A stretch of 64,000 nt of DNA from NCBI GenBank assembly GCA_002269645.1, contig NIVC01003073.1, positions 5,236 to 69,235 on the forward strand, given 5' to 3'. Made by a program: the position numbers and the translations under genes. Source of the stretch: Macrostomum lignano. Lineage: Eukaryota. Positions 51,115-60,881 of this stretch are shown one piece after another. How positions within the stretch are numbered: the stretch's first letter is position 1; the number at the start of each line of letters is the position of its first letter. The notes beneath the pieces were generated by a model that ran no database searches, was not told where the DNA came from, and saw only the letters and a list, made by a program, of their open reading frames with translations.

Positions 51115-51880
51115 ATCTAGATCCCTCCTGTACCGCTAGATCAGCCCCTGTTCCCCTAGATCCCCCCTGTTTCCCTAGATCCGCCCCTGTTCCCCTAGAT
51201 CCGCCCCTGTACCGCTAGATCCGCCCCTGTTCCCCTAGATCCGCCCCTGTACCGCTAGATCCGCCCCTATTCCCCTAGATCCGCCCCTGTACCGCTAGAT
51301 CCGCCCCTATTCCCCTAGATCCGCCCCTGTACCCCTAGATCCGCCCCTATTCCCCTAGATCCCTCCTGTACCCCTAGATCCGCCCCTATTCCCCTAGATC
51401 CGCCCCTGTACCGCTAGATCAGCCCCTGTTCCCCTAGATCAGCCCCTGTTCCCCTAGATCCGCCCCTGTTCCCCTAGATCCGCCCCTGTACCGCTAGATC
51501 AGCCCCTGTTCCCCTAGATCCGCCCCTGTTCCCCTAGATCCGCCCCTGTACCCTGAGATCCGCCATTGTATAATCGAGATCCGCCCCTGTACCCTGAAAT
51601 CCGCCATTGTATCATCGAGATCCGCCCCTGCACCCTAAAATCCGCCATTGTATCATCGAGATCCGCCCCTGTACCCTGAAATCCGCCATTGTATCATCGA
51701 GATCCGCCCCTGTACCCTGAAATCCGCCATTGTATCATCGAGATCCGCCCCTGTACCCTGAAATCCGCCATTGTATCATCGAGATCCGCCCCTGTACCCT
51801 GAAATCCGCCATTGTATCATCGAGATCCGCCCCTGTACCCTGAAATCCGCCATTGTATCATCGAGATCCGCCCCTGTACC
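51115..51880. repeat. 20-bp minisatellite switching to a 41-bp higher-order (20+21) repeat at about 51550
   Basis: ATCCGCCCCTGT(T/A)CC(C/G)CTAG monomers, followed by CCGCCCCTGTACCCTGAAATCCGCCATTGTATCATCGAGAT units. Confidence 0.9.
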
Positions 51881-52089
51881 CGTTGGTTTGAACTGAAACA
51901 CCCATAGATTTCCCATTGAATGCCTCTAGATCCGTCATTAAAAAAAAATTGATTCGCCCTGGAACACCATTTGATCCTCTCTGTGAGCACTCTAAATACT
52001 CCCCCTGATAACTGATAAACCCGGCCCTGCAAAACACCTGGACTGAGCGTGGCAGCGCCCACAACTCCATCCCGCAGCCCCGATCGGGA

Positions 52090-53622
52090 ATGTCGCAGTC
52101 GCACCGACCCACGCTATCGGAGGAGCAGCGCCTGGGAAGCTGCCACCAGGCCACGGTGCTGTGGCCTGAGGACAGCGCGAGCCCCGAGGCCTGGCTGGCT
52201 GCCCAGCCAGTCGAGGAGCTCAAGGCCCAGTTCGACAACGATGGCTACGCGGTTGTCCGCGGCGTTCTGACGCCCTCGGAGGTGGCGCTGCTCGGCGAGC
52301 TGTACGACCGGCTGCTGAACGGCAGCATCGACGCCAGCAGCCACCGGCACGACTTGGGGAACACGCAGACTGTGCAGAATGCCAAGTTCAAGGAGAACAT
52401 CTGCCAGATCATGTGGCCCAGCCTGTTCGTGCATGTGCGGCGTGGGATTTGATATATTTTAGTCTGGGGTATTTTAGTCAGATATTTTAGTTTTGGGATA
52501 TTTTAGTCTGGGGTATTTTAGTCTGGGGCAGTTTAGTCTGGGGTATTTCAGTCTGGGGTATTTCAGTTTTGGGATATTTTAGTCTGGGGTATTTTAGTCT
52601 GGGGCATTTTAGTCTGGGGTATTTCAGTCTGGGGTATTTCAGTTTTGGGATATTTTAGTCTGGGGTTTTTTAGTCTGGGGTATTTTAGTTGTGATATTTT
52701 GTCTGGGGTAATTTAGTCTGAGGTATTTGGATCTGGGATATTTTAGTCTGGGGTATTTTATTCTGAGATATTTTAGTTTTGGGATATTTTAGTCTAGGCT
52801 ATATTTTTGTTTAGGGTATTTTAGTCTAGGGCATTTTAGTCTGGGGTATGTATTTTAGCCTGGGGTATTTTAGTTTGGGATTTTAAAGATTTAGCATAAT
52901 TTAGTCTGGGCTATTTTATTCTGAGGTATTCGGGTCTTGTGTCTTCAATAGACAATCTCTGGCATACCTTTGCATCGCACAGGTTTCTCATCCATCAAGC
53001 AGATTTTATGAGCATTCACGAGTCGCATTGTAAACGCGCGCAAATTCTCTCTCTGGCGTAGGGCCTCGCGGACCCCTGCCCTGCTCGCCAGCGCCTGCGC
53101 CTGCTGGCCCGGGCGCTGCTCGGCCCCGACATGGACTTCGACTTCGACATGATGCTGGCCAAGCCGCCGCAGTCAAACACGCCCACGCCCTGGCACGCTG
53201 ACGCCGCCTACTGGCTGGACATGCCAGATAAGAGGGCCGTGTCCTGCTGGCTGGCTGTGGATGCCACCTGGCTGGACAACGGCTGCATGTGGTTCGGCCC
53301 CGGCTCTCACCGCCGGCCTCTGCTGCCGCACCGCTCCGCCGCTGCGGGCACCCACGTGCTCACCTGCGACGGCTCCGAGGCCGACGGGGTGCCGTGCGAG
53401 CTGCAGCCGGGCGACTGCACCCTGCACTCGGGCCAGACCCTGCACTACAGCCGGGGGAACACCTCCGACTGCTGGCGCCGCGGCTACGTGATGAACTTCC
53501 GGCCGCTGGCCATGGTGGAGTTTGAGCGCCAGAGAAACTATGACCACGGCCAGGCTGGGCTCGGCAAGATCTTCGGCGCCGGCCAGGCCCATGCGGCTGA
53601 CGGAGCCGACGCTGTGGCCTGA
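52090..53622 (+). CDS. PhyH-family Fe(II)/2-oxoglutarate dioxygenase (phytanoyl-CoA dioxygenase domain), 2 exons
   Basis: Exon 1 is 52090 to about 52434 (FDNDGYAVVRGVL) and exon 2 is 53062-53622. HxD in PWHADAAYW, NGCMWFGPGSH, distal His in TLHYSRGN, and RR for 2OG binding. The donor could be 52428 or 52434. Confidence 0.9.
52455..52930. repeat. 15-bp TATTTTAGTCTGGGG minisatellite in the dioxygenase intron
   Basis: Direct inspection. Confidence 0.9.
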
Positions 53623-55360
53623 GACGGGCCGGCAGATCTGAGAAGAGCGATGAGCAGTGAGTTAAGCTAGATGAATTGTCGACAGTCAACTGTCGCTGAT
53701 TGTTGTGCGTATGGGGCTACGTGTATTTTTGCTCTGGCGTTTGTACCTCAACCCCTGTTTAATATCGATACGCAACCTCAGCTTTGGACAAGTAGCCTCA
53801 TCTGTGTTCTATTGCAAGCAGTAGTGAGACTGAAGTGCTATTAAGGGAACAATGGACAATTATTTCAACAAGCAACAGCTACATATATACTCAGCAACAT
53901 TGAAAAGTCGCCACTCTATGCGCCAGTGAGCAGTTTCTCTTGGACAGTTCTGAAATATAAGATACGAACAAGAAAACTGATCGGGGTAGCTTTAATCCGT
54001 CCAACCGTACATGTAGCTGAGTTGCGTCACTCGCAAAGATTATGAGAGACTTTACCTGAACTAAAGAAATTATCTTCTGTGATGGCTGAATATACTTCAG
54101 TATATCTATCATGCAGTGCAAGTTGCTTTTTTAATAAAGATCCATAAATCCATCCATCCATTCGAATATATAGAAAGGCAGTTTACAGGGGGTTTGAGGT
54201 TGAAATTTACGGTTGCGCTCGTACACAATTATGGACACTGAATATCCCAGTTTTTTCATAAACTTTTCTTGTAAATTATTTTCGAGATTCTTCTGTTATA
54301 AATCGCACTTCGTGATCTCCTTCTATGCATCTGTTTAGTCCTTATCTCATTGATTGAGCAGCACTTTGCTGTCTCAGAAAATTGTGCCTAAATTACTATT
54401 TTTAGTAACACTAATTGCATAAAAACATACATTTTTCATTTTTAGTATATAACACTAATATATAAAAGCTAATTGGGTGTTTTGATGGCTTATGCTGCAC
54501 GCGTTGATTTTTAAATCGTATTTTGGGTACTTTTTAAATGTTTCTAAATATAAATCATCTTCTTTAAGTCAGATTATAAAAAAATATATCCATAAACTGT
54601 TCGCAGAGTTCCATAACATCATGTAGCAAGACTTTTGATTGACTTTTTTGCATGTCAGTCTTCTGTAGGGCATTAATTGGGTGGGACGGGGTGTAGCCCA
54701 GTAGTCTTGTGCCCATGGCTTACTGTTACTGTGCTGCTTAAATAAAACATTTAACCAAGTATACTGAGTAAATAACGTATGCAGTAGCGAGTCAGTCAGT
54801 GTTGAAGTTCCTTTAGTTTTTAGGCTCATATTTTTTTGTTATTATTAAGCGAAATTGTCACAACCGGCACGAAAGCTTAGTTTATGATAAATAAACAGCT
54901 TTCTGTATAGTAAATACCTACCCGAGTAGTATTGAGGGAGAAAATTATATCTGGAAATCAACAGTGCGAGTATATTCTGGTAAATGATTTTTGGGGCTGC
55001 ATAAACAGTTAACGAAATATTAACAATTATAAACTTGAACCGTAATAACAAAACGGATACATTCTTCAAAGCGAATATCGATCGTTAGAGTCAGGATCGA
55101 GGCGCACTTTAAAGCGACATAATCGCACAACCGAAGCTTATGTTAAATAAGCAGATTTATGTATAATAAACAGCTAGCAGAGTAGTATTGAGAGAAAAAG
55201 TCATGCCTGGATATCAAAAGTACGCGTTCGAGTATATTCTGCTCGGCTGCTTTGCTGCTAACTGAATAACAAATAAAACAACAAAACGGATACTGTTTCA
55301 AAGCGAATGTCTGTTTAGACTGTCGGTGCACCTGCTGAATCAATTTTTATCCCTCTATCT

Positions 55361-56018
55361 TTAGCAACGCTTCTCTAGAACATCCGCAAGCTGTTCTGCA
55401 ATATAGGCCGTTCCAATTGCTGCATACCCTCCATTCAGCACTGTGCAGCCAATGTAAACGAGTTCGCCTGTTGTCAGGGTCATTCTGACCATAGTTGTGG
55501 CATATTTTGTGGCAGGATTAAAGGCGGTGACGAGATCAACTGCTGTTGCAGCCAGCGTCATTTTGTCGTCGAAGAGATGCTTCTCTTTGCCGAATATGTG
55601 CCACAGTTTGTTTGCATTCACTGGCAACACTGCTTTGCCCAAGCACTTGCTCACTGCCCAGGCCAGTCTTCCGTACTGCCGGACCCATCTGGTCGTTTTT
55701 AAAAATAAAGTAAATAAAATAAGATCGATACCCAAACACAAACGGTCTGATCTGAAGAAACAACAGAAGCGCACTTACGCAAAAGGGTAACTGAAGGCCC
55801 CCATGCGCCTCTTTCACGAAGCAAAGTGTGAAAACAAAGAAAATGGCAGCCACCAGAGTAACGCGGCTGAAATATTGTTACATGTACATACAATAAATTA
55901 GTACTTGAAGCATTCAGTTCATTTTATATTGGATAAAAATACATGTACGATTAGCTACATAAAACTTATGAGCTTGTAACTTACATAATCGATGATTATC
56001 AGATTTTTCTCACTTCAT
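55361..56018 (-). CDS. Small secreted protein (about 150-160 aa) with a putative Ntox35/BECR-like RNase toxin domain
   Basis: Model: ATGAA (56018-56014) |GTGAGA...TTTCAG| 55866-55732 (with an optional in-frame 27-nt intron 55778-55752) |GTATCG 43-nt AT-rich intron CCAG| 55688-55361. Signal peptide MNRVTLVAAIFFVFTLCFVKEAHG. Domain NKLWHIFGKEKH...VYIGCTVLNGGYAAIGTAYI. TATAAAA about 140 nt upstream. Confidence 0.7.
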
Positions 56019-56789
56019 TGAACAGAAGCAGAGTTTTCTGAAGGGCTCTCCGCATGCCGCCCGTGTCTACATTTACATGGGCGCATACCTACCTATATGT
56101 ATTGCAAAATTTCAAGGAAGGCAATTCCGCGGAAACTCCACGGAAATTCCATTTTTATAGAAAATTCTAGAAAACTCCCTGTACACAAAAAGCGCATCAA
56201 TAATTGTGTACACTGTTTAGTGGGTATTAGTGGGTATTTTAGGATCTGTAATAACTGTACAACTTAGTACCTTCTCAATCGTACACCGCTATCTCATACT
56301 GTACGTACGAGTAGGTTGAAAGAGATTTAAATCTACATTGAACCTTTTGTTGGGGGGAGGGTTGAATATACCCTGTTCGCTGCTATAAGTAAAACTGAAC
56401 TTGCTAAGTCGAGTTGCTCGGAAGGGACTTATATTAAGTTTTAATAAAATTTTCAACTGAAAAATTGTACTCATTTGCTAGTATTATATAATTTTAAGCA
56501 GTTCTCTCTTTAGTTAAGGCATCTTCGGAACAAGAGTTGCAGAAAGAAATCGTTAAGCTCCATGTGGTGCGACGCCCATTAAATAGTTCCTCTGGGTATG
56601 ACATCACAGCATGTGTGCTTCCGCATACAGGCTGCTTAGCTGATCCCGAAGATGAGAGCGCCTATCTGGTAGAGACGGGTGAGTCCGAAATGTTAAGCTG
56701 CATGTTCTGCCGGATATGGAGAGTGGAAAATTAAAAGTACACTCAACTCGCTTCTTGCTCAGTTCTCAGGCTTCGTTTTGAGGCAGCTG

Positions 56790-58320
56790 TTAACCGTTTC
56801 CCAGGCCTCGTCTAGAAATCACAGGCTTGATTTTTCAGTGGGTTTTGGCCATTGACAGCTAGCCGTTCCATCGGTAAAGGAAGAAATATCCTTCCAATTC
56901 CTAATTGGCCTAGCCAAAGAAATGAAAAAAAACTCGTTTCTTCCCCACTTTGGCTGGGCCGGGTCTGTCTATGGTTCAATGCTTTTTTCCGCACACAGTC
57001 ACTATTGACGGATGGCATGCCACGCGTACCATGGGGCTTCAATCTCTTTCCCACTGCCACAGAGCACTGTGTCAATTTACGGCTCAAGAAATTCCCATAG
57101 ACTACTGACTGGCTTACTTAACTATTGAGTTCCAACTGTCCTAAAATTTGCGCTTGACTGATACTACAGTTTATTTTAAAACTGTCTATGGTAAAAACAG
57201 TCCAGAATCATGCAGTAAATTTTTACTGATATCACAATCTTGTCCAACTTTACTGTATAATTAATTAAACTTACGCGAGACTCAAAATCATGGCTAACAA
57301 CATTGATGATGCTGCAATTGCAATTATGGAAGGTTCTGTTTTCACCAGCGATGGCAGCGACAGCGAATATATGAGTGTCGATGGAGATTTGCTGGACGAG
57401 GAAGATGGTGAGAGTAATGGTGAAGTAGCTGAGCATGGAGTCGAGTTCGCCAACGAGAATGAATGGACAACTGCTCAAGATGGTGAAGATTCGCGTCTCA
57501 GCGATCTGCCCGAATTCCTCGCTGTGCCTGGCCTGAACCCGGACATTCAAGCACAAGCTCCTGAAGGTAAAATGGCCCAGGTGCAATTCTATCTGCAGCA
57601 CTTTCTCACCGCTGATCTGGTGTCTGCCATTCGCATCTGGACCAACGCCCGAGCTGACATGGAGCTTCAACATTTGACAGCTGAAGATCAGGACGGAGCT
57701 CTTCCCAATTTGCTATCAACTTGGAGACCGTGTACCGACAATGCGGTGAAGAAGTCACTAGTAATCATCCTGTACATGGGTCTTGTGAAGAAGCCCAAAA
57801 TGCACATGTACTGGTCCACGGGAGACTTCTACGGCGGCGAATACTTCCAGAAAGAACATTGCCTTGGAAGGGATCGGTTTGTGCAGATACTGTATTATCA
57901 TTCCTTCGACTTTACGACTGCACCACCGACAACCAACATGACTCCTTGAAAAAGATTCGACCTTTTCTTAACATTGCCCGCGATATTTGCCAAGCAAATT
58001 ACAGCCCACGTCAAGAGGTGTCTGTCGATGAAGAACTGGTCATGTACAAGGGCAGGCTCATTTTCCGGCAGTTCATGCCCAACAAGCGTGCCAGATTCGG
58101 CATCAAGGTCTACTGCTTGACGGAAGCTTCGACAGGTTTTCTGTGGAACTTTCATGTACATGCTGCTAATCAGGATAACGACAAGTTTGGAGATGGATTA
58201 AACTGCGGTAATGTATCGATGAGCGAGAAGATCGTCGTTGAATTGAGTAAAAATTTGCTGGACCTAGGGTACAAGGTCTTCTGTGACAGCTGGTTCACAT
58301 CGCTCCGTCTGGCGCATTCA
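56790..58320 (+). mobile_element. piggyBac transposon, left end plus 3'-truncated transposase
   Basis: TTAA at 56790-56793 followed by CCGTTTCC as a candidate left TIR, with the transposase downstream. No right end found. Confidence 0.75.
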
Positions 58321-58332
58321 CGCTACTCTTAG
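57290..58332 (+). pseudogene. piggyBac (PGBD4-like) transposase, frameshifted at about 57895 and truncated after the second catalytic Asp
   Basis: Acidic N-terminus, YMGLVKKP.M..YWS, RDRF.QI, KIRPF, VSVDEELVMYKGR...FMPNKRARFGIKVY, YKVFCDSWFTS. Homology is lost at about 58313. Confidence 0.92.
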
Positions 58333-59298
58333 TAAGCATCCGAGAAGATCGACGTACATTTAAACGGTGTCTAAAAACCTTAACGATCGTGCTAGCGACC
58401 GCTCGACTGCGACTATATCTACCCTCCCCCCAGAATTGAGGACCCCGGCAGACGAAGTATCCAGGCGGATTTATGAGTTCACGCGCGAACTCAAGCTCAG
58501 GCGCGGCAATTCAAATTTCCGAAACCGTCCCTCGATCTTCAGCTACCGACATAAAAACCCACCCCCACCTCAGAGTTATGGTAGCTGATGTCCTGTTATT
58601 TCCAAGCTTGCATTACTCGACACGATGATGTTCTGGCCAAGCGAATATATTGTCTACTGATAAGTAGCAAGTATAGAGAGTATGGCGCAGAAAGTTTGCA
58701 GGATATGCGAGGAAATTTTGTCATTCGCGTAGAAGCGGGAGTTCTGTTCAGCTTGACTGATGGATGTTGTCTAGCCTTGGACAGGCTCGCTGAGGCAGTC
58801 TACAGGAACAAATACCGGTCCTGGCTGTAGCATGCGGGTTGAATTCCACTTTAGTTAGCTGCAGAGACAAATATTTCATTCTATTCATGATCTATTTTAA
58901 ATAAAAGGATCAATCTATCTGCAACAGCTAAGGCTTAAGAATTCCAATCGATCATGAATAAGCAAGAGGAGATTTCCATAATTCCAACTGATCCACAATC
59001 TTTTCGAAGCAGTGATGCCTCTTTAAAAATGAAATTCGCCGAATTCCAAACAAGCATGGAGCTGAGCCTGTAGCTTCGGGTAGACCACCGTTCTAAAGTA
59101 TACAACGCTATGCATTGCTAAAAAAACTGGGTTTCTGTGACTTCGATGCAGCATTCCAGCTCTCGATCGAACGAAATTCATTTAAAATATCGATCCCTAA
59201 ATTCCAATTGCATTTCAACTATACTCGTATTAAATGCAAGCGAGAGCAGTCAAAGAGAAGTTTTAATTTAATTTTAAAAGACGAAACAGTCGTGAGTG

Positions 59299-60870
59299 AT
59301 GCAGCTCCAAACCGCACTGCACCTGACCATCTGGCTTTGCTTAGGCATCGGAGTCTCTGCAAAGATCAAAGTGAACTTTTTGAACCAGCCTGCTGACATC
59401 ATCTACAACTATTTAAGCGGTACCTTTGAGGTCACGATGATGGCAAAAATTGGCGAATATGTGCGAGGAGAGCCCCAGTCCCACCTGAAGGTGGAAAGAC
59501 TGGCTGTGAAGCTGGACAGCGGCAGGGATTTCGGGTCCCAGTGACGGCTCGGCTAAGCACAGACGGAACCGTTGCCCAGCTGGTATTCGAGTGCCGCAGT
59601 TGGCGCAAGTGCTTGCAAGTCCGGGAACAAATTAACTTGAACCCCGCCAAGGTACAGAGAGCTATCGAGTTCACTCTAACCGGCCACTCTGACACCGGAT
59701 TTTTCAACTTGCATGTTCGAGCACCGGAGTCGGCGCCGGCACAATACGCGGTCGAATTCCAGCGAAACTTCGACCGCATCATCTCGTTTGCCCAGAACTG
59801 GGACACCTACGTGAAGGGCTTTGGGAATTCGGATATCAGATTAGGAAACTACTGGATGGGTGAGTCGGTTGGGAATGCAGTTGCAGGATTGAAACGTGTT
59901 TTACGACCAAAGGTCACAGAATAGAAATTATTGAAGCATATAGCTAGCGTTTATTAGTGCTCATGTAAGTGGACTGTAGATCGTTGAGCTTAAAAAATAG
60001 AAGCAGATCTTGGGCATTAGTAAACGTGTGTGAATTGAAGCAAAGATGTTTAATTTGCAAAAGCATTGCAAATAAAATGTTTTTTATTACACCTGCCCCT
60101 GTTGGCCTGATGATGTGCAACCGACAGCTCCGTAGCAGCTATAGCGCGGCACATCTTAAGGCTGCGTACGGCTGTTCAGTCTAAGGACTGGGGGGAAGGT
60201 CGCCACACAAACCTCAATTATCCCAGCTAATGCTGGCTCCCATTTCACAGCTGGGTGAACTGAAGCAATGCAGAGCTAAGTGTCTTGCTCAAAGCAGTGG
60301 GATCGCGGGTATCGAACCCCCGCCTTCAAGTCGTAAGTGAGACGCTCTGACCACTGGGCAACAGCATTGCAAAGCGTGTCCCCAAGCTTGCATAAATCTG
60401 CAAGAGCAACAGATGCAGCTCACTCAACCGATTCCGCAGGTCTCAAGCGGCTGTCCAGTCTCACAAAGGACCGGAGCTGCAAGCTCATTTTTGAAGCAAT
60501 GAAGTTCGACGGCACAGCTCAGAGAGGAATCTTCAAGGATTTTCAGGTTCGCGGAGAGGACGAGAACTTCAAGCTGCGCGTGGGCGATGCTGAGCCGGGC
60601 AATCCGATGTACATGATGAAAAATCACGACAACGCACAGTTCAGCACCTTCGATAGAGACAACGACAAGTGGAGCGCGGACTGCTCAGGCTATCACGGGA
60701 AAACTGGCTGGTGGTACCACGATGGGTGCCATAACCACAACCCAAACGGCATCATAGCCGAAAAAGACTTCCCAAATAAAGACGCATGCTACAACTACTG
60801 CTCGAGCTGGACTAAGCAGGATAAACGGGTCTGCTGGAGGGCGACGCGTCTGTCATTTATCTGCGCCTGA
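59299..60870 (+). CDS. Secreted fibrinogen-related domain (FReD) protein, 2 exons; one apparent 1-nt frameshift at about 59534
   Basis: Signal peptide MQLQTALHLTIWLCLGIGVSA. Exon 1 is 59299-59859 and exon 2 is 60440-60870 (G|GTGAGT...CAG|GT). FReD motifs FQRNFD...NWDTYVKGFG...YWMGL, FSTFDRDND, C...GWWY..GCHNHNPNG. Confidence 0.85.
60075..60367 (-). mobile_element. tRNA-derived SINE with a Deu/Nin-like conserved central domain, antisense in the FReD intron
   Basis: A box TTGCCCAGTGG, B box GGTTCGATACC, then TTGAGCAAGACACTT...CACCCAGCTGTGAAATGGG and an A-rich tail. Confidence 0.8.
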
Positions 60871-60881
60871 AAGAGTGAAGC

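Noticed and set aside
54843-55330. Degenerate ~250-290 bp tandem duplication downstream of the toxin-like gene as a second gene copy
   Set aside because: The sequence is non-coding and AT-rich with no signal peptide or toxin motif; at most an old local duplication.
55536-55853. 105-aa ORF as a complete unspliced protein
   Set aside because: It has no ATG start. Its first part is the signal-peptide exon, and a 43-nt AT-rich GT-AG intron shifts translation into the toxin-like frame.
60295-60367. tRNA-Val(TAC) gene
   Set aside because: A and B boxes are present but the acceptor stem cannot pair, and the sequence continues into a SINE body.
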